NCBI GenBank assembly: GCA_028281485.1
Contig: JANQJT010000342.1
Coordinates: forward strand, 1 to 43,863
From: Phycisphaeraceae bacterium
GTDB lineage: Bacteria; Planctomycetota; Phycisphaerae; Phycisphaerales; Zrk34
DNA length: 43,863 nt
Direction of reading: 5' to 3'
Positions 10,201-19,923 of this stretch are shown piece after piece. The translations under genes and the position numbers were made by a program. The notes beneath the pieces are model-generated. The model was not told where the DNA came from. It saw only the letters and a program-made list of their open reading frames with translations, and ran no database searches. How positions within the stretch are numbered: position 1 is the stretch's first letter; every line of letters starts with the position of its first letter.

Positions 10201-11022
10201 GACGGCCGGGCAGAGATCATCGCCACGCGCGAGCTCGGCCGACACGTCCTGCGCGACGTCAACTTCATGCTCGAATCGGTCTACTCCTCCAAGCAGCCGA
10301 TCCGCGTGACCATTCCCAAGGATGGCTTCCGACTGCCGTTGGACAACCCGACCGTCGCGGGCCTGCAGGCACAGGGCGTGGTGGTGGAGCTGGGCACGCT
10401 TCGCATGGAAAACCGCGGCCCACTGGCGCTGCTGATGAAGTTCGCCCGCCGCTCCAACCCGCAACAGTCCGATGCGCAGTTCACCCCCCTGGTCTTCTCG
10501 ATCAAGGACGGCAAGCTCCACTACGACCGCCGACTCGACATGCTCGTCGACGGCAGCTTCCACGCCGTTATGTTCGGCGACGTCAACCTGGTCACACAAC
10601 AACTCGACATGCGCCTCGGCCTGCCCCCGCAGACGCTCGATAAGGCGTTCAACATCGAAAACGTTCCGCCGAATTACGTCTATCAGATCCCCGCGCTCGG
10701 TCCGATCACCAAGCCCGACATCGATTACGTCAAGGCCGGCATAGAACTGGGCGCGATGAGTGCTAGCGGCAGCGCCAACAGCGAGGTCGGTCTGGCCATC
10801 GGCATCGGCACGGCGCTGCTCAACAAGGACAAGGGACCGCAGGCGAAAGACAAGCCCGTCCCGCCCCCGAGTCAGGACCCGCTGCCGTGGGTGAACCAAT
10901 TGCCCGTCGAGCAACCCGATCCCCAGCCGCAGCAACCGGCGCAACAGCAGCCGCGCCAACCCACCGAGGAAGAGATCAAGGATGCGCTGATTCGTGAGGG
11001 ATTGAAGCGCTTGTTGAAGTAG
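7300..11022 (+). CDS. Large AsmA-like (repeating beta-groove) envelope protein
   Basis: N-terminal TM anchor, SWFGSQTLTGLVLKDP AsmA-N-like segment, beta-rich body with four internal repeats, Pro/Gln-rich tail and a terminal amphipathic helix. Confidence 0.7.
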   Translation: MMSDQQGTTTAAASPRRGGKKKWIILAIVVVVPILIVLMVPTIAGSAFGRGRITSAINQSISGSVEIESLSASWFGSQTLTGLVLKDPHGNAVANIDRVSVDASLLSLATGGRDLGEVNIQGLTADVLADATGSNLQRAITPTTESEPSQSTELPVTGRIIVTDAQLSLTQSDNEPVHVSDLNVNVDLATDKPIAFELSAKTAQGELRGGIDGSGSYDLASEEVIAKANVDKLPLAGVDALLGTGGILEAAIGKQMDITIDATSQGDTHVGQIAIASPQLNGRFDLQTVNDQIVIDTKQPAVWVMSQQFIKTFYAGDPQLQSLALRGDVPVSITLHAATAADGFAAHTTSIAANLTVADGTLAGDESIGTLTWSGLSGTILSESLQHGGTLSLKGNTTMDGRPGSVAVQAVVAKPFNADSELDLSGADIDAIVETTNVRIATIDRLVQRGGDLVELLGPSLDLRLTAKKTTDSPTTFSGQLRVAADSKLANVLSDQITLGGSAQFTRDASGQPSETKLNLALISSSQHTPLERLSIAGTIDPDYEQFNGESALRYRLMPDKVGSGDGEPTLARPADVQLLVKDAVVPLRGFSLDAIAAQIELRVEQVELAGDPRFAGMTARDLSGSVTLAPDQPMRANLTAATNVPGAAQPGSIKINAALDNWTQDGAITPANTTGNATVELTDVPTAFVDAFIATGGKLPTYIGDQVDVTLTFDGKNADRRNIVASVTSENLKASASGHLTADNRFVPDRKVIPIEYKLTPAAYAAWVAGENGAPPPMALVSPITVTATIQDLPTIPLDGPIDPRDLSFNINFNATDAFLRNTSGRGEARISNLAGSLNSERLAGGAVAKLTGKIDYANPQAQQNATGNLDVSGSLSDLFDQTGQLSISTASADITAKLGQIPVAPLDQIINAENKLHALLGDTAQLDIIVKMVRGTGPVRLIAQSPNTRALLVGRVQDGVIVLDQDGRAEIIATRELGRHVLRDVNFMLESVYSSKQPIRVTIPKDGFRLPLDNPTVAGLQAQGVVVELGTLRMENRGPLALLMKFARRSNPQQSDAQFTPLVFSIKDGKLHYDRRLDMLVDGSFHAVMFGDVNLVTQQLDMRLGLPPQTLDKAFNIENVPPNYVYQIPALGPITKPDIDYVKAGIELGAMSASGSANSEVGLAIGIGTALLNKDKGPQAKDKPVPPPSQDPLPWVNQLPVEQPDPQPQQPAQQQPRQPTEEEIKDALIREGLKRLLK

Positions 11023-12085
11023 TCAGGCCCCCCGTTTCATCGGTTGGGGGCTCAGCCGGCGGCGTCTCGATCGACACGCCGTTGATCTGGTCGATCATGA
11101 TGTTCAGATACCGGGGAAACTGCGGCAGGATCGTGTAGTGGTTGGCCTCGGCCAGCAGGTGGTGCTCTTCTGCCAGACCGATTCTCTCCGCGAGCATCTG
11201 GCCGTTACGCAACGGCACCACGCGATCGTTACGGGCGCTCACCAGCCAGGTTGTCTGAGGATCAAGACGGTGGGCCAGGTCGAACGGCTCGACGACGCTT
11301 AACAGCGCACGCAGCTTCTCATCCCTGTAGCCGGCGTTGTGCAAGCGATTGCGGAGCAGCGCCGCGTCGTGTTCCCCGTTCTCCAACACGTCGTACAGGT
11401 CCGCACCGGCCATCATGATGAAGGTCATGTCGAACGCGCTGTCCATCGAGGCGCACGTCGTGGCGATGAACCCGCCCAACGACGGGCCGAGCAATGAGAT
11501 GTTGTCGGTCTGAACATGCGGCAGCACCGCGATCGCGTCGCGCGCACGCCGCACGTCCGTCACGCCCTGCTGCGCGTTGAGCAGCGCCGTCAGCGACGAG
11601 GGCTGATCGACAACGCGTCGCTCGCCGAAGCCGGGCATCACAACGACAAACGCGTGCACCTTCTTAAACCGCAGGTACGTCGCCATGCCCTTGGCGACCA
11701 CCATCTTCGGATGAACGGTGTGCACGATCAGCACCGCCGGCGCATCGATGATTTGGCCCGCCTCGTCATGCGCCGCGAACCACTGCAACTGTACGCGGTC
11801 AAATCGGTCGTCACCCGACGGCTTGGGCGAGGGGAAGCTGTAGAGAAAATCACACTGCATGTCGTCAGCCAGCGGCTGGCGGGTCAGCTCAAACGCACCC
11901 GGCGTGTATCGCAGACCGGCGAGGATCTCGTTGGCGGCCGGATTTTCATCGGCGGCGATCGTCAGCGTGTCGCGAGCGGTATAAACCGCCTCGGGCGAGG
12001 CGGCTTCGGTCGGCCCCTCAGGCTCAGCCCAAATCACCGGTGTGCACAGCGCGACCCAGATCCAGAAAAACAGGCACTTACGCAT
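10976..12085 (-). CDS. Secreted alpha/beta hydrolase
   Basis: Signal peptide MRKCLFFWIWVALC...; nucleophile GPSLGG, Asp in NDRVVP, His in ANHY. 3' end overlaps the convergent gene by 47 nt. Confidence 0.82.
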   Translation of the reverse strand: MRKCLFFWIWVALCTPVIWAEPEGPTEAASPEAVYTARDTLTIAADENPAANEILAGLRYTPGAFELTRQPLADDMQCDFLYSFPSPKPSGDDRFDRVQLQWFAAHDEAGQIIDAPAVLIVHTVHPKMVVAKGMATYLRFKKVHAFVVVMPGFGERRVVDQPSSLTALLNAQQGVTDVRRARDAIAVLPHVQTDNISLLGPSLGGFIATTCASMDSAFDMTFIMMAGADLYDVLENGEHDAALLRNRLHNAGYRDEKLRALLSVVEPFDLAHRLDPQTTWLVSARNDRVVPLRNGQMLAERIGLAEEHHLLAEANHYTILPQFPRYLNIMIDQINGVSIETPPAEPPTDETGGLTTSTSASIPHESAHP

Positions 12086-12131
12086 GGCCCCATTGTAGAG
12101 CCCTAAGCCCATCCAAGTGAACAATCCACAG

Positions 12132-12175
12132 TGCCAGTTTGGCAGGAAAACCGGCCCGGCAGGGGCACGATGGCA
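12132..12175. promoter_or_regulatory. Candidate upstream activator sites: TGCCA-N3-TGGCA palindrome plus a degenerate copy
   Basis: TGCCAGTTTGGCA (12132-12144) and GGGCACGATGGCA (12163-12175), 31 bp apart, roughly 60-105 bp upstream of the sigma-54 box. Confidence 0.5.
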
Positions 12176-12237
12176 GCATTGGGTTGCCCGTATTACCCAT
12201 AAAACATTGTCAATAAGCATTTTACGTATTATCTCTC

Positions 12238-12252
12238 TGGCGCGCTACTTGC
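12238..12252 (+). promoter_or_regulatory. Sigma-54 (-24/-12) promoter of dnaK
   Basis: TGGCGCG-CTAC-TTGC matches TGGCACG-N4-TTGC with exact spacing; preceded by an AT-rich tract with an IHF-like site. Confidence 0.72.
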
Positions 12253-12335
12253 CATAACCCCACTGGTGCGGAACGCCCGGATTCGCCGATTGGGTGGATA
12301 CCGGCCTCCGTCAGAACGAAACGAGGTACATGAAA

Positions 12336-14276
12336 ATGGCAACTCCCATTGGCATCGACTTAGGCACAACCAACAGCGTGGTGGCGTTGGTCGAGGGCGG
12401 CCAGCCCAAGGTGCTGGTCAACTCATCCGGCAACCGACTCACCCCCTCCGTCGTGGCTTACACCGACAAGGGCGAGGTGCTCGTCGGCCAGACCGCCAAG
12501 CACCAGCAGGTCACCAACCCCCTGCGCACCGTCTATTCCATCAAACGCTTCATGGGTCGGCGTCACAACGAGGTCCACAGCGAAGAGAAGATCGTGCCCT
12601 ACGGCGTGGTCGGCGGAGCGAACGACCTGGTCAAGGCCGAGATCGATGGCAACCAATACACGCCTCAGGAAATCAGCGCCAAGATCCTCCAGGACCTCAA
12701 GAAGACCGCGGAGGACTACCTCGGCGAAGAGGTCAAGCAGGCCGTCATCACCGTGCCCGCTTACTTCAACGACGCCCAGCGCCACGCCACCAAGGAGGCC
12801 GGCGAGATCGCGGGCCTCGAGGTCATGCGCATCATCAACGAGCCCACCGCCGCGGCGCTGGCCTACGGTCTGGACAAGAACAAAGAGCAAACCGTTGCCG
12901 TCTTCGACTTCGGTGGCGGCACCTTCGACATCTCCATCCTCGAGATCGATCCCGAGGTCGGCACTTTCCAGGTCAAGAGCACCAGCGGCGACACGCACCT
13001 CGGCGGTGACGACGTCGACGAGCTGCTCATCGATTACATCGCCGGCGAGTTCAAGAACACCGAGGGCATCGACCTGCGGCAGGACCCGATGGCCCTGCAA
13101 CGCCTCAAGGAGGCCGCGGAAAAAGCCAAGTGCGAGCTGTCCAGCACGATGGAGACCACGGTCAACCTGCCGTTCATCACCGCCGACCAATCCGGGCCCA
13201 AGCACCTGCAGATGGCCATCAACCGCGCCAAGCTCGAGACGCTGATCGCGCCGCTGATGGAGCGGCTGAAAAAGCCCTGCCTCCAGGCGATCGAAGACGC
13301 CAAGCTCTCGACCAGCGAGATCGACGAGGTCGTGATGGTCGGCGGCTCGACGCGCATCCCCGCGGTGCAGCAGGTGGTCATCGACGTCTTCGGCAAGGAG
13401 CCCAACCGCTCGATCAACCCCGACGAGGTCGTCGCGGTCGGCGCCGGCGTGCTGGCCAACGAGCTGACCAAGGGCAAGGAGTCCGACATCCTCCTGCTCG
13501 ACGTCACCCCGCTGTCGCTGGGCATCGAGACGCTCGGCGGCGTGATGACCAAGCTCATCGAGAAGAACACCACCATCCCCACGAGCAAGGCCGAGACCTT
13601 CAGCACCGCCAGTGACAGCCAGACCGAGGTGACCGTGCACGTGCTGCAGGGCGAGCGTGAGTTCGCCCGCGACAACCGCTCGCTGGGCCAGTTCAACCTG
13701 ACCGGCATCCCGCCGGCGCCGCGCGGCATGCCGCAGATCGAAGTCACGTTCAACATCGACGCCAACGGCATCCTCAACGTCTCAGCCAAGGACAAGGCCA
13801 CCAACAAGGAGCAGTCGATCGAGATCAAGGGCTCCAGCGGTCTCAGCGACGACGAGGTCGAACAGATGAAGCGCGACGCCGAGGCTCACGCCGAGGAAGA
13901 CCGCAAACGCCGCGAGTTCATCGACGCCAAGAACCGCGCCGACTCAACCGTCTACCAAACCCGCCAGGCCCTGGCCGAACATGGCGACAAAATCGACGCG
14001 AAAATCCGCGGCGACATCGAGGCGGCCTGCAACAACGTCGAGGAAGCCTGCAAGAACGAAGACGTCGCGGCGCTGGACCAGGCCGTGGCCGAACTGGAGA
14101 AGAACTCCATGGAACTCGGCAAGGCCATGTACGAGGCCCAGGCAGCGGCCAACGAGGCCAACCAGGCGGCCGACATGGAAAATGCCGCCTCCGGTGAAAC
14201 GTCCGGCGGTGGGGCAGCATCACAGGGTTCGGAAGACGTGATCGATGCCGACTTCAAGGTGAAAGACGAGAAATAA
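12336..14276 (+). CDS. dnaK: Chaperone DnaK (Hsp70)
   Basis: [76 protein letters not shown] favours ATG 12336. Confidence 0.97.
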   Translation: MATPIGIDLGTTNSVVALVEGGQPKVLVNSSGNRLTPSVVAYTDKGEVLVGQTAKHQQVTNPLRTVYSIKRFMGRRHNEVHSEEKIVPYGVVGGANDLVKAEIDGNQYTPQEISAKILQDLKKTAEDYLGEEVKQAVITVPAYFNDAQRHATKEAGEIAGLEVMRIINEPTAAALAYGLDKNKEQTVAVFDFGGGTFDISILEIDPEVGTFQVKSTSGDTHLGGDDVDELLIDYIAGEFKNTEGIDLRQDPMALQRLKEAAEKAKCELSSTMETTVNLPFITADQSGPKHLQMAINRAKLETLIAPLMERLKKPCLQAIEDAKLSTSEIDEVVMVGGSTRIPAVQQVVIDVFGKEPNRSINPDEVVAVGAGVLANELTKGKESDILLLDVTPLSLGIETLGGVMTKLIEKNTTIPTSKAETFSTASDSQTEVTVHVLQGEREFARDNRSLGQFNLTGIPPAPRGMPQIEVTFNIDANGILNVSAKDKATNKEQSIEIKGSSGLSDDEVEQMKRDAEAHAEEDRKRREFIDAKNRADSTVYQTRQALAEHGDKIDAKIRGDIEAACNNVEEACKNEDVAALDQAVAELEKNSMELGKAMYEAQAAANEANQAADMENAASGETSGGGAASQGSEDVIDADFKVKDEK

Positions 14277-14321
14277 TCGATAGACCATCACCCCTCAGCC
14301 CCTGCTGAGGAATGCCCCTTG

Positions 14322-14357
14322 GCCCGCGGGATGTGCCTCCCCCGCGGGCTGTTTTTA
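14322..14357 (+). terminator. Intrinsic terminator after dnaK
   Basis: GCCCGCGGG-N10-CCCGCGGGC stem followed by TGTTTTT. Confidence 0.8.
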
Positions 14358-14385
14358 TCCATGTCTTAACGTAGCATGACCGGCC

Positions 14386-15054
14386 ATGAGCGACCTGCCC
14401 CAAGACTTCGTCCGACCCGATCGAATCGACTGGCCCGTGCCCGATTGGCTCTGGCCGGACGCGCCGCGCAGCGGTGAGGTGATCGCCCGGCTGAACTGGC
14501 TGGAGCAGAACGGTCAGCCTTTGGCGCCGATCGGCATCACGGGTGTGAACGACATGACGATGATCGAAGTGGCGGGGGTGTGTGAACGCGTGCAGTTCGA
14601 GGCAGAGCTGTACGACGCGCACAAGGACCACGCGGTGGTGGTGATCGCCGGCGAGGCGCCCCCGGAAGTGTTGCATCAGCTACGCACGCTGGACGGGCGC
14701 GACCGCGTGATCGTTTGGCGTCACACGGGGCTGCGCCTCGATCCGCCCGGCGCAGCCCATGTGCAAAACGCCAACGAGCTGATCGAGGCGATCGCCGCGC
14801 ACATCGATCCCGTCATTCGGCTCGAGCCGCGCTGCGAGGCGCTAAGCGTGCGCAGCTACCGCGTGGACGATGAACACTGGATGGTGATCTTCAACAACGG
14901 CGACGACCCGATCGATGTCGCAGCGACCTTTTCGATTGGTGGCGAGCGCAGCGGGATCGACCCGGAGACCGGCGACGCGTTTGCGTTGGGGCAACGGGTC
15001 CGACTGATGCTACCACCGCGTAAGCTGGCGATGCTGCGCATCGAGTCGGCGTGA
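14386..15054 (+). CDS. Hypothetical protein
   Basis: Coding-like codon usage. The C-terminus (WMVIFNN...IDPETG) resembles small beta-domains found at the ends of glycoside hydrolases, but no catalytic domain is recognisable. Confidence 0.6.
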   Translation: MSDLPQDFVRPDRIDWPVPDWLWPDAPRSGEVIARLNWLEQNGQPLAPIGITGVNDMTMIEVAGVCERVQFEAELYDAHKDHAVVVIAGEAPPEVLHQLRTLDGRDRVIVWRHTGLRLDPPGAAHVQNANELIEAIAAHIDPVIRLEPRCEALSVRSYRVDDEHWMVIFNNGDDPIDVAATFSIGGERSGIDPETGDAFALGQRVRLMLPPRKLAMLRIESA

Positions 15055-15079
15055 AACGGATACTGTGATTGAAAGATGC

Positions 15080-15508
15080 TTACGCCGCTTCGTGGAGCGG
15101 TTGACCGTTCATGGTCACCGGCGTGATGGGGTTACGCGCGGGGATGAACTGGATCGGCACGTATCGGCTGAGGCGCTGGATCGTCGCCCGGGCGGCGGAG
15201 TTCTCCGCGGCGCCGGGCAGAATCTCGTGCGCGTACAGGGTCTGTCGCTTGGTCTCGTGATCGGGCAGTGTGGCGGTGAAGAAAACGCCCAGCTTATCGG
15301 GCCGCTCTTCGTCGGAGAGGATGCCGTTGGTGTCGCGCACCCACATGCAGTACCACGTGCGGCACACTTCCGGGCGGTTTTCGTAGTTGCCGCAACCGGC
15401 CTCGGTGATGTGGCCACAGCTCACGCCCGCGGGCTTGTTCAGCGGTGAAACCTTCATCGTGGTGCAACAGATGTTGCATCCCCCGCATTGGCGATCCGTC
15501 TGGGGCAT
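15080..15508 (-). CDS. YkgJ-like CxxCxxCC cysteine-cluster protein
   Basis: CGGCNICC...C...C..YENRPEVCRTWYC; SD GAGGAG before ATG 15508. Confidence 0.8.
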   Translation of the reverse strand: MPQTDRQCGGCNICCTTMKVSPLNKPAGVSCGHITEAGCGNYENRPEVCRTWYCMWVRDTNGILSDEERPDKLGVFFTATLPDHETKRQTLYAHEILPGAAENSAARATIQRLSRYVPIQFIPARNPITPVTMNGQPLHEAA

Positions 15509-15678
15509 CTCAACTCCTCGAGGTTCTGCCGCCTTTTGCGCGGGCGGAACCGTGACTGACACCTTGCATCGGGTCGATCGACACCCGAGTGAACCGGCGA
15601 CTTGGCGATTGTGATCGATAACCGTCATGGACCTGCCGCGGTTGCCCGCACTCGGCGGTTCGGTATCCTGTTACGCCT

Positions 15679-16668
15679 ATGGTTCAGCAGTTAGAGCAAC
15701 TCGAAGCCGAAGCCAAGGCCGCCCTCAGCGAGGTCAGCGATGCGCCCGCCCTGGAGCGCTTCCGCATCGATTACCTCGGACCCAAGGGCAAGCTGAAGTC
15801 GGCGATGAGCTGGCTGAAAGACGCCAGCCCCGAGGACAAGCCCAAGCTGGGCCAGGGACTCAACCAACTCAAGCAACAGCTCGAGGGCGAGTTCAAGCAG
15901 AAACAGGAAACGCTCGGTGACGCCAAGCCCAGGGTCACGGGCCCCGCGATTGACGTGACCGAGCCCGGCGATCCGCCTCGGATGGGGCGGGTGCACGTGC
16001 TGCGGCAGGTGATCGACGAGCTGATCGAGGTGTTCGGCCGCATGGGCTTCGATGTGGCCGAAGGCCCCGAACTCGAAGACGAGCAGCACAACTTCGTCGA
16101 CCTGAACATCCCCCCCGAGCACCCGGCCCGCGATCCGCTGGACAACTTCTACCTCGACGCCACCCACCTGCTGCGCACGCAGACCTCCACCGTGCAAATC
16201 CGCGTGATGGAACAGACCCCGCCGCCCGTGCGCATCGTCTCGCTCGGCCGCGTCTACCGACCGGACACACACGACGCCACGCACAGCTCGATGTTCCACC
16301 AGATCGAAGGCCTCTACGTCAACGAGAAGGTCACGATGGTGGACCTCAAGAGCACGCTGATGCAGTTCGCCCACGCGTTCTTTGGCAAGGATGCCGAGGT
16401 GCGGCTGCGCCCGAGCTACTTCCCGTTCACCGAGCCGTCAGCCGAGCTGGACATCAAGATGACCGTCCGCGGCAAGACCGAATGGGTCGAGCTTGGCGGC
16501 TGCGGCATGGTCGACCCCAACGTGTTCGAGGCTGTGGGCTACGACCCCGAAAAATGGACGGGCTTCGCGTTCGGTCTGGGCATCGAACGGATCGCCATGA
16601 AACGATACGGCATCGGCGACATCCGCTGGTTCTACGAGAACGACACCCGCTTTCTGAGTCAGTTTTGA
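15679..16668 (+). CDS. pheS: Phenylalanine--tRNA ligase alpha subunit
   Basis: HPARD, LLRTQTS, GRVYR, FHQIEG, RPSYFPFTEPS, GCGMV, GFAFGLGIERIAM, FLSQF. Confidence 0.97.
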   Translation: MVQQLEQLEAEAKAALSEVSDAPALERFRIDYLGPKGKLKSAMSWLKDASPEDKPKLGQGLNQLKQQLEGEFKQKQETLGDAKPRVTGPAIDVTEPGDPPRMGRVHVLRQVIDELIEVFGRMGFDVAEGPELEDEQHNFVDLNIPPEHPARDPLDNFYLDATHLLRTQTSTVQIRVMEQTPPPVRIVSLGRVYRPDTHDATHSSMFHQIEGLYVNEKVTMVDLKSTLMQFAHAFFGKDAEVRLRPSYFPFTEPSAELDIKMTVRGKTEWVELGGCGMVDPNVFEAVGYDPEKWTGFAFGLGIERIAMKRYGIGDIRWFYENDTRFLSQF

Positions 16669-16834
16669 GGCACTTTTTTCACACACGACAGAACTGTTAC
16701 GCGGGCGTTAGCGTATCACCTTAATCACGGCGGTATCCGTGCGGCTCGACTTGGGGGCGAGACGTACAAACCTCATGATGGAAGAGGTTTAGAGAGAAGC
16801 ATCCTACAGAATCACGAAGGGGATCAGCAGGCCC

Positions 16835-18850
16835 ATGGTTCACGATTACGCCAAGAACTTGATCAACGCCGGTGGCGGAGCCGCGGATTCAACCCGAAAA
16901 GTCAACTCAGAAATCCTCGCGGTCTTGCTCGGCGGCCTGCTTCTGGTCACCGCCGCCATCGCCTACCTCGTCTTCCCGCCGCACCAGATCGTCCCCGACG
17001 AAGGCACGGCCAACCAACACGCCCAGACGATCGCCATGATCGCGGCCCTGCTGCTCGGCGTCCCGCTGGTCTGGCAGGCCGTTCGCGACCTGTGGGTCGG
17101 CCACATGCGCATGAACGAGTTGGCGGCCCTCGCGGTCACCGCCGCGTTCGCCAACGGCCAATACCTCGAGGCCGGCGCCATCGCCTTCTTCATGATCATT
17201 ACCTCCCTGATCGAGCACCGTACCGCGCTGGGCGCCCGCAAGAGCATCGAGGCCCTGGTTCGCATCACACCCACGCGCGCTCACCTGCTCTCAGGTGACG
17301 GCGAGGAAACAGAGGTCGAAGCCAAAGACCTCAAGCCCGGCGACATCGTCCGCGTCCGCCCCGGCGACAACATCCCCGGCGACGGTCGAGTGGTCGGCGG
17401 CGTATCCACCGTGAATCAGGCCAACATCACCGGTGAATCTCTGCCGGTCGACAAGGCCGAGGGCGACGAGGTGTTCGGCGGCACGATCAACGATTCCGGC
17501 GTGATGGAGATCGAGATCACCAAGGCCGGCGAAGACACCACGCTCGGTCGCGTCAAGGACCTCATCCTCCAGGCCGAGCGCACCCGCACACCCATCAGCC
17601 GACTCATCGACCGCTACGCACACTGGTACACGCCCGTCATCCTGCTGATCATCACAGCCGTGTACATCATCAAACGCGATTTGGACGTGGCCATCTCCAT
17701 GCTCATCATCGCGTGCCCGTGCGCGTTCATTCTCGCCGTGCCCACCGCGATGGTTGCCGCGCTCAGCAGCGCCGCCCGGCTCGGTGTGCTGGTCAAAGAC
17801 GTGGCCACGCTCGAAACCGCGCGCAATCTCACCGCCATCGTCTTCGACAAGACCGGTACGCTCACCACCGGCAAGCTTTCGGTCACCCGGCTCAACCCCG
17901 TCGACGGCGTCGAGGGTGGCGATCTGCTGCTGGCCGCGGCCAGCGTGGAACAGAACTCTCGACACCCGGTCGCCCGCGCGATCGTCGAGGTCGCCCGTCG
18001 CGCCCGATTGGACCTGGCCGAACCCTCGGATTTCGAAGAGGTGTCCGGTCGCGGCGTGCGCGGCTCGGTCAACGGACAAGAAGTCCTCGTCGGTCGTGCC
18101 ACGTGGATCGCCGAACGCGGCATCGACACCTCCGTCCTGGACGAGTCCGAAGCCGAAGGGCTCAGCCTGCTCTACGTCTCGCGCAACGGCAAGCTGCTCG
18201 GTTGGGTCGGCCTGGAAGACAAGTCGCGTGTCGGCGCCGCCGATGCGATGGATCGACTCCGCGAGGACGACCAGATCCGCAAGCTCGTGATGGTCACCGG
18301 TGACCGCTGGTCGGTTGCGCGTCGCGTGGCCGGCGAGATGCACTGCACCGATGTGCAGGCCGAGGTTCTGCCGGGCCAGAAACTGGAGATCGTCGACGAC
18401 CTGAAGAGTCAGGGTCACACCGTCGCGGTCGTCGGTGACGGCGTGAACGACGCGCCGGCGCTGGCCGCGGGCAACATCTCGATCGCGATGGGCGCCGCGG
18501 GCAGCGACGTGGCGATCAACTCCGCCTCGATCGCGCTGATGAACAACAACCTCAACCGCATCCCCTTCCTGGTCGAGCTCAGTCGCGACGCGATCACCGT
18601 GGTGAGGCAGAACCTCATCTTCGCGATGTTGTACATCGTGGTCTTTGAGATCATCGCGGGCTACAACCTGCTCCCGCCGGTGTTGGCGGTGCTGTTCCAC
18701 ACCTTCGGTTCGGTGTTAGTGGTGTTCAACTCCGCTCGCCTGGTGCGCAAGGGCGAGGTCCTGGAGAACACCGAGTCGACCGTTGCGCCGATTCGAGAGA
18801 GCGACACGACCCGCGCCGCACCCGCGGCGGGGATTCAACCGGTATCGTGA
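16835..18850 (+). CDS. Heavy-metal-translocating P1B-type ATPase without an N-terminal metal-binding domain
   Basis: TGES, CPC, DKTGT, HP, TGD and GDGVNDAP motifs; last TM carries HTFGS. Confidence 0.92.
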   Translation: MVHDYAKNLINAGGGAADSTRKVNSEILAVLLGGLLLVTAAIAYLVFPPHQIVPDEGTANQHAQTIAMIAALLLGVPLVWQAVRDLWVGHMRMNELAALAVTAAFANGQYLEAGAIAFFMIITSLIEHRTALGARKSIEALVRITPTRAHLLSGDGEETEVEAKDLKPGDIVRVRPGDNIPGDGRVVGGVSTVNQANITGESLPVDKAEGDEVFGGTINDSGVMEIEITKAGEDTTLGRVKDLILQAERTRTPISRLIDRYAHWYTPVILLIITAVYIIKRDLDVAISMLIIACPCAFILAVPTAMVAALSSAARLGVLVKDVATLETARNLTAIVFDKTGTLTTGKLSVTRLNPVDGVEGGDLLLAAASVEQNSRHPVARAIVEVARRARLDLAEPSDFEEVSGRGVRGSVNGQEVLVGRATWIAERGIDTSVLDESEAEGLSLLYVSRNGKLLGWVGLEDKSRVGAADAMDRLREDDQIRKLVMVTGDRWSVARRVAGEMHCTDVQAEVLPGQKLEIVDDLKSQGHTVAVVGDGVNDAPALAAGNISIAMGAAGSDVAINSASIALMNNNLNRIPFLVELSRDAITVVRQNLIFAMLYIVVFEIIAGYNLLPPVLAVLFHTFGSVLVVFNSARLVRKGEVLENTESTVAPIRESDTTRAAPAAGIQPVS

Positions 18851-18915
18851 TGAACGAGATTGACCGCATTATCCAGGGCCGGGGGGGCGACCCCGCTACG
18901 CCGTCACGCGACGGC

Positions 18916-19923
18916 TCAGCCCGTCTCGCGCGTCTGGAACAGCGCCACGGCGCCGGCCAGCAGCGCACAGACGAACAACGCCGTGTAACCCGTTGCCAGA
19001 AGGACATAGGTGCCGCTGATAACGCTGTTCTGCGTCAGCGCGTCGGTCATGTAGAGCTGGTTGATGTTCGGCACGACGTTGTAGGCGATGGCGGCGAAGG
19101 CGTTGTTGTCAGCCAGACGACCGAACAGCGCATCGCTGGTCGTGCCCAGCGCGAGCGTGATCGTGCACACCATCAGCGTCATCACCTGCCCCAGCCGTGT
19201 GGACGCGGCGATCGCCACGGCGCAGATGATCCAGCCGATCTGAAACAGCAATCCCAGCGCGATAAACAACTGCGACAGCGACTTGCGCTCGTCGGAGTAG
19301 TTGGTGAACCTGGGATCGAAAAACTCGGTGGTGATCGACTGGAACTCCCAGTTCTTGTTGATCATCAGCACCATGACATACGCCGCGGCCAACGCACAGG
19401 CCAGCAGCGTGATGAACGTCGAGTTGAACACCCACCGGTAGAAGAAGTTGCACCACACCGCCACGCCGCCGGCCAGCAGGAACGCCGACACGCCGAAGAC
19501 CACCACCGGCCAGTCGATCGGGTCGGAGGCCGCGGACAAGACCTTCTGCCGCACCGTCAGCAGAAACACCAGCGACCAGATGAACATCGCCAGCGAGACG
19601 GCCGCGGCCACGCCGAGGTACTTGCTGAGGATGAAGGTCGGCCGACCGATCGGCTTGGAGATCACGGTGAGCACCGTTTTGTTTTGAATCTCCCGCGCCA
19701 GCACGCCACTGGCCAGCAGCGAGCCGAGCACCATGCCGCAGAGCATGATCATGCTCATACCGATGTCGATCATCAGCTTTGTGTCGTCGGTAAAGGTGTA
19801 CCCCGAGATCTGCAGATTGAGCACCAGCGTCAGCCCGCCGACGATGGTCAGCACGACGAAGATCGGCTGGCGGATCGACTCGGTGAAGGTGTTTCGCGTG
19901 ATGGTGTAGATCGGGCCAAACAT
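18916..19923 (-). CDS. ABC-2 family permease (PilI-like)
   Basis: ITRNTFTESIRQP...DIGMS...REIQNKTVLTVISKPIGRPTFILSKYLG; many TMs; C-terminal LFQTRE. Start ATG 19923. Confidence 0.87.
   Translation of the reverse strand: MFGPIYTITRNTFTESIRQPIFVVLTIVGGLTLVLNLQISGYTFTDDTKLMIDIGMSMIMLCGMVLGSLLASGVLAREIQNKTVLTVISKPIGRPTFILSKYLGVAAAVSLAMFIWSLVFLLTVRQKVLSAASDPIDWPVVVFGVSAFLLAGGVAVWCNFFYRWVFNSTFITLLACALAAAYVMVLMINKNWEFQSITTEFFDPRFTNYSDERKSLSQLFIALGLLFQIGWIICAVAIAASTRLGQVMTLMVCTITLALGTTSDALFGRLADNNAFAAIAYNVVPNINQLYMTDALTQNSVISGTYVLLATGYTALFVCALLAGAVALFQTRETG

Noticed and set aside
12120..12335. CIRCE or sigma-32 elements before dnaK
   Set aside because: No TTAGCACTC-N9-GAGTGCTAA and no convincing CTTGAA/CCCCAT pair.
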